A DNA stretch of 32,000 nucleotides from Mycolicibacterium smegmatis. Lineage in GTDB: Bacteria > Actinomycetota > Actinomycetes > Mycobacteriales > Mycobacteriaceae. Each line of letters begins with the position of its first letter. Position 1 is the first letter of the stretch. Location of the stretch: contig NZ_LN831039.1 of the NCBI RefSeq assembly GCF_001457595.1, forward strand, positions 2,700,001-2,732,000, given 5' to 3'. Shown here in pieces: positions 7,697 to 16,801 of the stretch. The notes under the pieces are model-generated. The model did not search any database, had not been told where the DNA came from, and was given only the letters and a program-made list of their open reading frames with translations. The translations under genes and the position numbers were made by a program.

Positions 7697-9946
7697 TCAC
7701 GGACGCACGGCGTTGAGCGCCGCGAGCAAATCGTCGAGACGTTCAGGGGTCACCTTGCCCCCGGAGAGCGCGACCATCCGCTCGATCGGCACGGACTCCA
7801 GCATCCGCAACAGATCGGTTCCCATGGCGGGTGCGTCCTGCGCGGCGGTGCCCAGTGTCTCGAAGAGCAACGGCGCGGCGGCCGGGTCGGCGAGGATCTC
7901 GCCCAGTGTCGACTCTCTGGTGAACACCGCCCTGGGGACGTCTCCCTCGACGGTGACGGTCGCATGCAGGCGCAGATCCCGGCTCGATGCGCCCACCGAC
8001 ACCGTGTAGTCACCGGGCTCGACGCCCCACTGTCCGCTGCGAATTTCCCAGAACGCGAGATCGGTTCGGCGAATGGGGATTTCAAGGGTGCGACGCTCAC
8101 CGCTTTCCAGGCTGAGGCTGCCGAACCCGGCCAGCCAGCGTGGTGGCCGGCTGATTTGGGGGTCCGGTTTGGACACGTACACCTGGACCACCTCGCGACC
8201 GGCCCGCGGACCGACGTTGGCCACCACGACGCGCACCGTGGGTCCGTCGGAGTCGACCTCCAGATCGGAAAACGCGAACGCCGTGTAGGACAGGCCGTGA
8301 CCGAACGGGAACGTGACCTCGAGAGCGCGCGCGTCATACCAGCGGTAACCCACGAAAACGCGCTCACCGTAGACGGTGTGGCCGTTCTCGGACGGGAAGT
8401 TCAGGAACGCCGGGCAGTCCTGCAGGCGTACGGGCACGGTCTCGGCCAGGCGCCCGGACGGGTTCACGGCCCCGAACAGCACGTCGGCGACGGCGCCGCC
8501 GCCGGCCTGCCCGAGCAGTGCTCCATCGAGGATCGCCGGGGCGTGTTTCGCGACCTCGTCCAGGCGTACGACGCCACCGTGGGACAGCACGACCACCGTG
8601 CGGGGTTGCACCTCGACCACCGCACGCAGCAGCGCCAACTGCGCCTGCGGCAGGTCGATGTGCTCACGGTCGTAGCCCTCGGATTCCTCGTCGGCGGTCA
8701 GGCCGAGGAACAGCACCGCGGCCTCGGCCTCGGCCGCGCCACGTACCGCCTCCGCGCGCACCTGCTCGCTGTCCTGTCCGGAATCGGTTGGCAGGCCGGG
8801 GAAGTGGGTGGCAGCCTGATCACCGTTGCGGGCACGGATCTCGTCGAGCGGGATGTCGAGGCGCGTGGGGTTGACGTGTGAGCTGCCGCCGCCCTGATGG
8901 CGGGGTTCCTCGGCGAACGGCCCGATGACCGCGAGCCGCGACGGGGCCAGCGGCAGGATCGGTTCTCCGTCGCGCAGATCGTTCTTGAGCAGCACCACGG
9001 CCTGTGCGGCAGCCTCACGCGCAAGGCGATGATGGGCCTCGGTCAGCTCGCCGATGTCGAAATGACCGGCAGCGCTGTGGCTTTCGTACGCGCGCACCGC
9101 CAGGCCGGCCACCCGTTCGGCGGCCGTGGTCACCGCACGCGCGTCGAGTGCGCCCGCGGTCACCGCGGCCACCACCTCGGCGTCGCCGAAACCGCCCGAT
9201 GACGGCATCTCCAGGTCCAGGCCGGCCGCCACGGCCGCGACACGGTCACGCACCGCGCCCCAGTCGCTGACCACCACGCCGTCGAAACCCCATTCGCCGC
9301 GCAACACGTCGGTGAGCAGCCAGGTGTTCTCGGAGGCGTACACGCCGTTGATGCGGTTGTACGAGCACATCACGGTCCACGGCGCGGCCTCGCGCACCAC
9401 GTGCTCGAACGCCCGCAGATAGATCTCACGCAGCGTGCGGGCGTCGACGTCGGAACTGGCACGCATGCGGTCGTGCTCGGAGTTGTTGACCGCGAAGTGT
9501 TTCAGCGACGCACCGACACCGCGGCCCTGCACACCGCGTACCCACGCCGCGCCGAGCACGCCGGACAGCAGCGGATCCTCCGAGAAGTACTCGAAGTTGC
9601 GGCCGCAGCGCGGGTCCCGCTTGATGTTGACGCCGGGGCCGAGCAGCACGTGCACTCCCAGCGCACGGGCCTCGGCGCCCAGTGCGGCGCCGACGCGTTC
9701 GACGAGATCCGGGTCCCACGTCTGGCTCAGCGCGACGGCCGGAGGAAAACATGTCGCGGGTTCACTGCCGCCGACACCCAGGTGATCTGACGCCCCGCTC
9801 TGCCTGCGCACGCCGTGCGGTCCGTCGGTGAGCACGATCGACGGGATGTGCCCGACAGCCTCGGTGGTCCAGAAACTCGCGCCGCTGCCCAGTGCGGCCT
9901 GCTGGGTCAGCGTCAGGGTCGGGGCATGTGCGAGTGGGTCCGTCAC
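7697..9946 (-). CDS. Glycoside hydrolase family 3 beta-glucosidase-like protein
   Basis: Part of ORF 7697..10282. GTG start at 9946 (VTDPLAHAP). GVHVLLGPGVNIKRDPRCGRNFEYFSEDP, GFDGVVVSDWGA (catalytic Asp), C-terminal fibronectin-III-like domain. Confidence 0.93.
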   Translation of the reverse strand: MTDPLAHAPTLTLTQQAALGSGASFWTTEAVGHIPSIVLTDGPHGVRRQSGASDHLGVGGSEPATCFPPAVALSQTWDPDLVERVGAALGAEARALGVHVLLGPGVNIKRDPRCGRNFEYFSEDPLLSGVLGAAWVRGVQGRGVGASLKHFAVNNSEHDRMRASSDVDARTLREIYLRAFEHVVREAAPWTVMCSYNRINGVYASENTWLLTDVLRGEWGFDGVVVSDWGAVRDRVAAVAAGLDLEMPSSGGFGDAEVVAAVTAGALDARAVTTAAERVAGLAVRAYESHSAAGHFDIGELTEAHHRLAREAAAQAVVLLKNDLRDGEPILPLAPSRLAVIGPFAEEPRHQGGGSSHVNPTRLDIPLDEIRARNGDQAATHFPGLPTDSGQDSEQVRAEAVRGAAEAEAAVLFLGLTADEESEGYDREHIDLPQAQLALLRAVVEVQPRTVVVLSHGGVVRLDEVAKHAPAILDGALLGQAGGGAVADVLFGAVNPSGRLAETVPVRLQDCPAFLNFPSENGHTVYGERVFVGYRWYDARALEVTFPFGHGLSYTAFAFSDLEVDSDGPTVRVVVANVGPRAGREVVQVYVSKPDPQISRPPRWLAGFGSLSLESGERRTLEIPIRRTDLAFWEIRSGQWGVEPGDYTVSVGASSRDLRLHATVTVEGDVPRAVFTRESTLGEILADPAAAPLLFETLGTAAQDAPAMGTDLLRMLESVPIERMVALSGGKVTPERLDDLLAALNAVRP

Positions 9947-9983
9947 CCTTCCCGAGGGTAGCCCCGCATCGGAGGTTGCCGGT

Positions 9984-10544
9984 TCACTCCCGGCGCCTCG
10001 GCCGCGCCACATGGCGCAGTTGTGCCAGGAAGTCGTCGGCGTCGTCGCTGCGCACCAGGTAGTGCGATATCGCGACGCGCACCGCGGTCGCCGCCGCGAC
10101 GTCGCTGTCGGGCCCGGTGGTGAGGCGTTGCAGGCGTTCGCGCAGCAGCGGCATGATCTGGGACAGCCGCCGGATGACGTGCTCGGGTTCGATGTCGACC
10201 ATGCGCAGGCCCGGGTAGGACCGCTGGTACTCGGCGATGACGCGCAGGGCCGCGTCGAGGCGCTCGGATGCAGGCAGTGCACCGGTGGCCTGTGCGACGG
10301 CCTGCTCGTAGCCGCGACGTTCCCACACCACGAACGCGTCGAGCAGATCCTGCTTCGACGAGAACCACCGGTACAGCGTGGGTCTGGAGACGCCGGCCTG
10401 CGACGCGACGTCGGACAGGCTGAGTTTCGTCGTCCCGTTGCTGCCGAGAACCTCCGCGGTGGCGGCGAGTATGCGCTCGCGGGTGCTGCTCGCCTCGGTC
10501 CCAGCGTCGGTCCCAGCGTCGGTCCCAGCGTCGGTCCCAGCCAT
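9984..10544 (-). CDS. TetR/AcrR family transcriptional regulator (paralog 2)
   Basis: HTH SLSDVASQAGVSRPTLYRWFSSKQDLLDAF; hand alignment to paralog 1 gives 99/160 identical residues without gaps. Confidence 0.92.
   Translation of the reverse strand: MAGTDAGTDAGTDAGTEASSTRERILAATAEVLGSNGTTKLSLSDVASQAGVSRPTLYRWFSSKQDLLDAFVVWERRGYEQAVAQATGALPASERLDAALRVIAEYQRSYPGLRMVDIEPEHVIRRLSQIMPLLRERLQRLTTGPDSDVAAATAVRVAISHYLVRSDDADDFLAQLRHVARPRRRE
10495..10542. repeat. 12-bp tandem repeat, about 4 copies (TCGGTCCCAGCG)n, inside the TetR 5' end
   Basis: Direct reading; encodes MAGTDAGTDAGTDAGTEA on the minus strand. Confidence 0.9.
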
Positions 10545-10553
10545 GGGACAAGC

Positions 10554-10579
10554 TTTACAAACTATCGAGTAAGTGTCAC
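10554..10579. promoter_or_regulatory. Shared regulatory element, copy C (TTTACA-N14-TGTCAC)
   Basis: 9 nt upstream of TetR paralog 2, in the divergent gap with the P450 gene. Confidence 0.7.
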
Positions 10580-10629
10580 GCTAAATCTCGGCGTGGCCCA
10601 CCGCGGCACGCCTGTAGGAGGACAGGAAC

Positions 10630-11886
10630 GTGACAGTTGCCATCTCAGCGCAGGCACGCGAATACAGCCCGTTCGACATCACGTCACACGAGTTCTGGAG
10701 CCGGCCGTTCGCGGTGCGCGACGAGACGTTTGCGCAGTTGCGTGCCGCCGAGGGGCTGAGCTGGCACCAACCGCTCTCGACGCTGTTCGACGTCGAGGAG
10801 CCCGGGTTCTGGGCGCTGACCCGGCGCGCCGACATCCAGTTCGTCAGCCAGCATCCCGAGCTGTTCACCTCGGCGCAGGGCGTGGCGCTGGACCCGATGC
10901 CGGCCGACGTGCAGAAGTTCGCGACGTTCTTCCTGATGATGGATCCGCCCGAACACACGGTGTACCGCAGGCTGATCAGCTCGGCCTTCACACCGCGCAA
11001 CGTCCGGCGGATCGAAGAGCAGATCCACGCCAACGCAGTCGATGTCGTCGACCAGCTGATCGGCGTGGGCAACGTCGACTTCGTCGAGGCGTGCTCGGCG
11101 CAACTTCCGATGCGCACGATCTCGGACATGCTCGGCGTGCCCAAGGCCGATCAACCCGCGCTGGCCAAGGCCGCCGAGAAGCTGTTCAGCATGAGCGACG
11201 ACGAATACTCGTCGCTCGAGGAACGGGCCGTGGCCACCATCAACGAGATCATGCTGATCTCGAACACCGGTGTCGAGCTCGCGAAGTTCCGGCGCGCCAA
11301 CCCCGGTGACGACCTGATGACCAGCATCGTCAACGCCGAGGTCGACGGACACCGACTGACCGACGAGGAGATCGGCGCGTTCCTCATCCTGCTGGCGTCG
11401 GCGGGCAACGACACCACCAAGCAGACCACCACGCACGCGATGATGGCGCTGGCGGCACATCCGGACCAACGCGACTGGCTCATGGCGGATTTCGACGGCC
11501 GCATCGGTTCTGCCGTCGAAGAGTTTGTGCGGTGGGCCACCCCGGTGATCCAGTTCGCGCGCTTCGCCACCGAGGACGTCGAGGTGGCCGGCCAGACCAT
11601 CAGGGCGGGGGAGAAGGTGGGGCTGTTCTACTGCTCGGCCAACCGCGACGAGGCGGTGTTCACCGACCCGCAGCGCTTCGACCTGAGCCGCTCACCCAAC
11701 CCGCATCTCGGATTCGGCGGTGGCGGCCCGCACTTCTGCCTGGGCAACCAGCTGGCCAAGACCGAGCTGCGAAACCTGTTCCGCGAGTTGCTGACCCGCC
11801 TCAAGACCATCGAGTTCGGCGAGCCCGAACTGCTGCACAGCAGCTTTGTCCACGGCATCAAACGAGTCCCGGCCTACATCCGGTAG
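10630..11886 (+). CDS. Cytochrome P450
   Basis: I-helix LLASAGNDTTKQTT, K-helix EEFVR, heme loop HLGFGGGGPHFCLGNQLAK; RBS AGGAGG. Confidence 0.95.
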   Translation: MTVAISAQAREYSPFDITSHEFWSRPFAVRDETFAQLRAAEGLSWHQPLSTLFDVEEPGFWALTRRADIQFVSQHPELFTSAQGVALDPMPADVQKFATFFLMMDPPEHTVYRRLISSAFTPRNVRRIEEQIHANAVDVVDQLIGVGNVDFVEACSAQLPMRTISDMLGVPKADQPALAKAAEKLFSMSDDEYSSLEERAVATINEIMLISNTGVELAKFRRANPGDDLMTSIVNAEVDGHRLTDEEIGAFLILLASAGNDTTKQTTTHAMMALAAHPDQRDWLMADFDGRIGSAVEEFVRWATPVIQFARFATEDVEVAGQTIRAGEKVGLFYCSANRDEAVFTDPQRFDLSRSPNPHLGFGGGGPHFCLGNQLAKTELRNLFRELLTRLKTIEFGEPELLHSSFVHGIKRVPAYIR

Positions 11887-11899
11887 CGAAAGAGGTGAC

Positions 11900-12091
11900 A
11901 TGCGCGTAGAGGTCGACCTCGCCAGGTGCACCGGTCACGGCATCTGCGAGACCATCGCCGAGGACGTCTTCGAGGTGCAGGACGACGGGACCGTGCTGAT
12001 CCACGGCAACGAACGTCCCGAGCACGACCGGGATCGCATGCGCCAGGCAGTCGTCCAGTGCCCGGCCGCGGCGCTGCGCATCGAGGACTGA
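11900..12091 (+). CDS. 3Fe-4S type ferredoxin
   Basis: MRVEVDLARCTGHGIC...VVQCPAAAL: CxxHxxC...CP pattern of small P450-partner ferredoxins. Confidence 0.9.
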   Translation: MRVEVDLARCTGHGICETIAEDVFEVQDDGTVLIHGNERPEHDRDRMRQAVVQCPAAALRIED

Positions 12092-12910
12092 TCAGGAGCG
12101 CGGCGGGCGGGGGCGCACGAGCACGGACTGCTGGATCGCGCCGACGGCGCCCGAGGAGTCGAACAGTGTGCCGACCGTGGTGCCGATCCCGTCGGGGCCG
12201 TAGCTGGTCTCGGCGCGGATCCCGATCCACTCGCCCTCAGGGATGCGGTGCACGTGCACCACGAGATCGGTGTTGAGGAACGTCCACTTGCGGATGTCGA
12301 GCTTGCTGCCGATGCCGTTGGCGTCGTCGGCGACCGCGAACAACCGCTGCAGCGGCGTCATGGCCTCACCTTTGACCAGATCGACCGTGGGCCGCAGCCA
12401 CGACTCGCCCGGTCCGGGTGCCAGTGGCACGGTGAGCCAGCGCCAGTCGATGCTGTGCACGTAGTTGGGCTCCCAGTTCTTGGCCATGTCGTGACTGCGC
12501 GCGTTCTCCAGAGGCCGCAGCGGTGACACCCCGGTGTGCTGCAGTGTCGATGTGTCGAGCGTGAGCATGCGCCAACCCGACGCGCGCGCGACCGTCCGCG
12601 GTTCACCGTCGGGGGCCGTCGCGAGCATCTCGGCACCGACGAGTTCGATCTGCTTGCCGGGCCGCTGCACTTCGGCGCGCACCCACAGATCGCCCTCGGA
12701 CGGCACGCCGCCCATCAGATCGATGGCCACCCGGGCCAGCCGAGTCTCGGCACGCGGCTCGCAGTGTTCCAGCGCGCGCACCAGCAGCGCCGAGGCCGGC
12801 GCGGCGTGCTGGATGGCGGCCGACCACGTGCCGCGCACCATGTCGGTGGCGGCGAACCTCTCGCCCAACGTGTCTGCCGCGTCGAGCAATTCGTAGTAGG
12901 AGTCCGACAT
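12092..12910 (-). CDS. Acyl-CoA thioesterase-like (tandem hotdog / TesB-like) protein
   Basis: Overall architecture: MVRGTWSAAIQHAAPASALLVRALEHC...TRLARVAIDLMGGVPSEGDLWVRAEVQRPGKQIELVGAEM...YGPDGIGTTVGTLFDSSGAVGAIQQSVLVRPR. Confidence 0.75.
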   Translation of the reverse strand: MSDSYYELLDAADTLGERFAATDMVRGTWSAAIQHAAPASALLVRALEHCEPRAETRLARVAIDLMGGVPSEGDLWVRAEVQRPGKQIELVGAEMLATAPDGEPRTVARASGWRMLTLDTSTLQHTGVSPLRPLENARSHDMAKNWEPNYVHSIDWRWLTVPLAPGPGESWLRPTVDLVKGEAMTPLQRLFAVADDANGIGSKLDIRKWTFLNTDLVVHVHRIPEGEWIGIRAETSYGPDGIGTTVGTLFDSSGAVGAIQQSVLVRPRPPRS

Positions 12911-12919
12911 GTCCGCCTG

Positions 12920-13804
12920 TCAGTGGTGATGATGGTCGCCGACGGCGAAATCGCCGGGCGCGGGCACTGCGACGTCGAGTGCCTCGATGCGGGACAGCTT
13001 GGTGCCCACGAGCCGCTGCGGATAGGCGTCGGTGGTGGTCACGAGGAACAGCGTGCGGCCCTCGGCGCCGCCCAGCGCACACGCGATCGCGGTGCGCCCG
13101 CCGGCGTCGATGCGGTCGGTGACCGTTGGCGTGCCCGGTCCGCTGTCGACGATGCGCTGGAACTCGTGTGCGAGCGTCAGCGCGGTCCACACGCCGCCCT
13201 CGAGATCGATCGCGATGCCGTCGGGCGGGCCGTCGAGACCCTCGGCGAAGATCCGGCGGTCCGACAGGTCACCGTCCTCGTCGACGGTGTAGGCGGTGAG
13301 CCGGCGGGCCGTCGACTCCGCGACGATCAGGGTTTCGCCGTCGGGCGTGATCGCCATGCCGTTGGGGAAGTCCAGACCCTCGGCGACCACGCGGATCGGT
13401 TCGACGGGGTCGTCGGGGTCGATCCGCACGATGACGCCGCCACCGCGGGCCTGGGATCCGACGTAGGCGCGTCCGCGCTCGTCGAGCACCATGTCGCCCA
13501 GCGGTGCCGGGGCCACCTGGTGCAGGTCGGCAAGCAGTTCCACCGTTTCGCCGTCGTAGCACAGCACCTGCCGCTTCTCGGTGGACACGATGTACAAGGT
13601 CCCATCGGGGCGAAAACCCAAGCCGGACGGCGCATGTCCGGGCAGCGGCAACGTGGTCATGGATCCGCCCAAGGTGACGGTGTGCACGGCCTCGCCGAGC
13701 ATGTCCGAGAACCACAGCAGGCCCTCGAACCACCGCGGCCCCTCACCGAAGCAGAACCCGGTGGCGAGTTCGGTCGTCCGTTCGGGTCCGGCTTCCGTCG
13801 TCAC
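12920..13804 (-). CDS. SMP-30/gluconolactonase/LRE family protein
   Basis: EGPRWFEGLLWFSDMLGE, PNGMAITPDGETLIVAES, DGPPDGIAIDLEGGVWTA metal-site repeats; GTG start. Confidence 0.9.
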   Translation of the reverse strand: MTTEAGPERTTELATGFCFGEGPRWFEGLLWFSDMLGEAVHTVTLGGSMTTLPLPGHAPSGLGFRPDGTLYIVSTEKRQVLCYDGETVELLADLHQVAPAPLGDMVLDERGRAYVGSQARGGGVIVRIDPDDPVEPIRVVAEGLDFPNGMAITPDGETLIVAESTARRLTAYTVDEDGDLSDRRIFAEGLDGPPDGIAIDLEGGVWTALTLAHEFQRIVDSGPGTPTVTDRIDAGGRTAIACALGGAEGRTLFLVTTTDAYPQRLVGTKLSRIEALDVAVPAPGDFAVGDHHHH

Positions 13805-13815
13805 GGCGACGTACC

Positions 13816-13841
13816 TTTACAAAACACGCCTTGAGTGTCAC
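13816..13841. promoter_or_regulatory. Shared regulatory element, copy D (TTTACA-N14-TGTCAC), followed by a second TGTCAC at 13852-13857
   Basis: 11 nt upstream of the SMP-30 gene in the divergent gap with 13880..14584. Confidence 0.7.
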
Positions 13842-13879
13842 GCTCGCAAGGTGTCACTGTCAACCACCGGAGCACCGTG

Positions 13880-14584
13880 ATGAAGAAGTACTACAGCCAC
13901 ACGTTGCTGTATCTCCACGAGACGATCGACCTGGGATCGGGCCGCACCGACACGTTCACCGAGGTCTTCGGCGAGGTCTACCGACCGATGATGGAGGACC
14001 TCGGGGCGCGGTTGTTCTCCGTGTGGGAGACCACGCCGTACAACGGTCACTGGCCGCAGGTGACGATCATCTGGGAGATCGACGCGTTCGCCGACTATGC
14101 GCGGATCGGCAGGGCGCAGGCCGTCGGTGGCAGCCACGAGAAGCAGGCGCTCCGGTGGTCGTCGTACCTCTCGGAGACCGGGGCCCGCGGCGAGGGCCGA
14201 ATCATGTACGCGGGCAGGTACAACCGCACGCTCGCGCAACTCCGGCAGGACGACGTCAAGGCCGGTCTGGTGATCCAGGAGGTCATGCAGACCAAGCCGG
14301 GCCGCCAGGACGACTACATCCGCGAACTCGAACGCCTCTACGTGCCGTGGTCGGAGCGCACCGGTAAACGCTGGCTGGGATCGTTCATCACGACATTCCG
14401 GTTCAACGAGGTGATCCACTACTGGGCCCTCGACGACGACTGGGACTGCTTCGAGAACCACTACCCGTCGTGGAAGGACAGCCCGCCGGCCGAGATCGTC
14501 ACGTGGATGAGCGTGGCACCCGCGTTGCGTGACGGTTGGGAGGACTCGATCCTGCAGGCCCTGCCCCCGTCCCCGCTGCGATGA
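13880..14584 (+). CDS. NIPSNAP / ferredoxin-like-fold family protein (putative)
   Basis: MKKYYSHTLLYLHETIDLGSGRTDTFTEVFGEVYRPMMEDLGARLFSVWET...; two alpha-beta-barrel-like halves. Family call by pattern only. Confidence 0.5.
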   Translation: MKKYYSHTLLYLHETIDLGSGRTDTFTEVFGEVYRPMMEDLGARLFSVWETTPYNGHWPQVTIIWEIDAFADYARIGRAQAVGGSHEKQALRWSSYLSETGARGEGRIMYAGRYNRTLAQLRQDDVKAGLVIQEVMQTKPGRQDDYIRELERLYVPWSERTGKRWLGSFITTFRFNEVIHYWALDDDWDCFENHYPSWKDSPPAEIVTWMSVAPALRDGWEDSILQALPPSPLR

Positions 14585-15831
14585 CCACGACGGTGAAACC
14601 GCCTGTGACGGAGGCGGTCACGGGAGAGTTCAGCTACGACCCGTTCGATCCGGCCGTGATGGCCGACCCGACTCCGTACTACCGTGTGCTGCGCGAGAAG
14701 TATCCGCTGTACCACATCGAGAAGTGGGACACCTGGGCGCTGTCGCGGTTCTCCGACATCTGGGAGGTGCTCGAGGTCAACGACGGCACCTTCGTCGCCT
14801 CCGAGGGAACCCTGCCCGCGGCAACGGTTCTCGCCGAACACAACGACGGCGCCGTACCGGATCCGCCATGGCATCCCATGCCGTTTCACGCCAACTTCGA
14901 CACCCCGATCTACGACAGCGTGCGGCGGTGCACCTCGCCGCAGTTCCGCCCACGCTCGGTGACCAAACTGGCCGACCGCATCCGAACCCTGGCCAACGAA
15001 CGTCTCGACGAACTGCTGCCGCGTGGACAGTTCGACCTCACACAGGACTACGGCGGCATCGTCGCGGCCTCGGTGGTGTGCGAACTGGTCGGGCTGCCGG
15101 TGGATCTGGCGGCTGACGTGCTGGCCACCGTCAACGCGGGGAGCCTCGCCGAACCGGGCAGCGGTGTCGAGGTGGCCAACGCACGCCCGGGTTATCTGGA
15201 GTACCTGACGCCGGTGGTGCAGCGGCGCCGCGCCGGTGAAGGCCGCGAACTGCCGATCGTCGACAACCTGCTGCAGTACCGGTTGCCCGACGGATCGGCG
15301 TTCAGCGATCTCGAAGCCGCCGTGCAGATGCTCGGCGTCTTCATCGGCGGCACCGAGACCGTGCCGAAAATCGTCGCGCACGGACTGTGGGAACTCACAC
15401 GACATCCCGAGCAACTCGCGGCCGTGCGAACCGACCTCGACGCCAACGTGCCGATCGCGCGCGAGGAGATGATCCGCTTCTGCGCGCCCGCACAGTGGTT
15501 CGCACGCACCGTGCGAAAGCCGTTCACGCTGCACGGCACCACGCTGCAACCCGGACAGCGCGTCATCACACTGCTGGCATCGGCCGGCCGTGACGAACGC
15601 GAATACCCGGACCCGGACTCGTTCATCTGGGACCGCCGCATCGAACGGCTACTGGCGTTCGGCCGCGGGCAGCACTTCTGCCTCGGCGTCCACCTGGCGC
15701 GTCTGGAGATCACGATCATGGTGACCGAATGGCTCAAGCGTGTCGGCGAGTTCCGGGTCGACGAGCGGGCGGCCCGGCGCCCGCCGTCGAGCTTCCAGTG
15801 GGGCTGGAACAACGTGCCGGTCGAGGTGTGA
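14581..15831 (+). CDS. Cytochrome P450 (second, distinct family)
   Basis: K-helix EEMIRF, heme loop LLAFGRGQHFCLGVHLARLE, I-helix LGVFIGGTETVPKI; ATGA overlap with upstream gene. Confidence 0.95.
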   Translation: MTTTVKPPVTEAVTGEFSYDPFDPAVMADPTPYYRVLREKYPLYHIEKWDTWALSRFSDIWEVLEVNDGTFVASEGTLPAATVLAEHNDGAVPDPPWHPMPFHANFDTPIYDSVRRCTSPQFRPRSVTKLADRIRTLANERLDELLPRGQFDLTQDYGGIVAASVVCELVGLPVDLAADVLATVNAGSLAEPGSGVEVANARPGYLEYLTPVVQRRRAGEGRELPIVDNLLQYRLPDGSAFSDLEAAVQMLGVFIGGTETVPKIVAHGLWELTRHPEQLAAVRTDLDANVPIAREEMIRFCAPAQWFARTVRKPFTLHGTTLQPGQRVITLLASAGRDEREYPDPDSFIWDRRIERLLAFGRGQHFCLGVHLARLEITIMVTEWLKRVGEFRVDERAARRPPSSFQWGWNNVPVEV

Positions 15832-15832
15832 C

Positions 15833-16801
15833 GTGTGGTCCTACCGTCTGGTCGCGCCGTATGTGTTCGAACGCTCCGACCTGCGGGCGCCGTCACCGGA
15901 TGCGCTGACCGACGGTCAGGTGCTGCTGAGCTTCTCGGCCGCAGGCATCTGCGGCAGCGACATTCCCGGGTTCCGCGGCACGCAGGGCAAGCTGCCGGGG
16001 GACACCGGCGCGAGTGCCGCGCAGATGCCGGGCTTCCCGATCCACGAGATCGCCGGTGAGGTACTCGCGAGCAGACATCCGGACCACCGCGTGGGCGACC
16101 ACGTCGTGGGCTGGGCCTCGGGATTCGACGGCCTGATGGAGCAGGTGATCGCCGACGGCGACGGCCTCGTCTCGTACGACCCGGCGTTGCCGCCGCGCCT
16201 GGCGGTCGGATTGCAACCCCTGGCCTGTGTGCTCTGTGCCGTCGAACAGTTGCCCGACCTCGACGGCCGGCACGTCGCGGTGATCGGACAGGGTTCGATC
16301 GGTCTGCTGTTCTCCTATGTGGCAAAGGCTCTCGGCGCCGCACGCGTCACCGGTGTCGACCCCCTCGACCGTTCCGCCATCGCCGCGCGCTGCGGCATCG
16401 ACACCCCGGTGCGCGCCACGAGCGACCGCTGGGTCACGCACCTGGACCCGGACGACCGGGCCGACGTGGTGATCGAGGCCGTCGGCCACCAGGTCGCCAC
16501 GCTCAACCACGCGCTCACCGCGGCGGCATTCGGCGGCACGGTCTTCTACTTCGGCGTCCCCGACGACGACAGCTACCCGATCAGCATGCGCACCATGCTG
16601 CGCAACAACCTCACGCTGAAATCCGGTGTGACAACCGACCGGCAACGCGTGCTGCGCCGCGCCGACACGTTCGCCCGCGAGCATCCCCACCTGTTGCCCG
16701 GCTACGTCACGCACACATTCGGCGTCGACGACGTACAGGCCGCTTTCGAACTGGCGTGCCGTCCGGTGCCCGACCGCGTCAAGATCGTGGTGGCGCGATG
16801 A
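15833..16801 (+). CDS. Zinc-dependent alcohol dehydrogenase (MDR superfamily)
   Basis: GICGSDIPGF, HEIAGEV, DHVVGW, VAVIGQGSIGLLFSYVAKALGAARVTGVDP; GTG start 1 nt after the P450 stop. Confidence 0.88.
   Translation: MWSYRLVAPYVFERSDLRAPSPDALTDGQVLLSFSAAGICGSDIPGFRGTQGKLPGDTGASAAQMPGFPIHEIAGEVLASRHPDHRVGDHVVGWASGFDGLMEQVIADGDGLVSYDPALPPRLAVGLQPLACVLCAVEQLPDLDGRHVAVIGQGSIGLLFSYVAKALGAARVTGVDPLDRSAIAARCGIDTPVRATSDRWVTHLDPDDRADVVIEAVGHQVATLNHALTAAAFGGTVFYFGVPDDDSYPISMRTMLRNNLTLKSGVTTDRQRVLRRADTFAREHPHLLPGYVTHTFGVDDVQAAFELACRPVPDRVKIVVAR

Noticed and set aside
9947-10282. N-terminal extension of the GH3 ORF to 10282
   Set aside because: It would overlap the TetR2 gene in a low-complexity frame; GTG at 9946 gives a natural GH3 N-terminus.
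10495-10542. CRISPR-like array
   Set aside because: The 12-bp units are contiguous with no spacers and sit in a coding region; this is a tandem repeat, not CRISPR.
9828-11309. 493-aa plus-strand ORF over TetR2 and the P450 start
   Set aside because: Crosses the regulatory gap and overlaps two well-supported genes in other frames.
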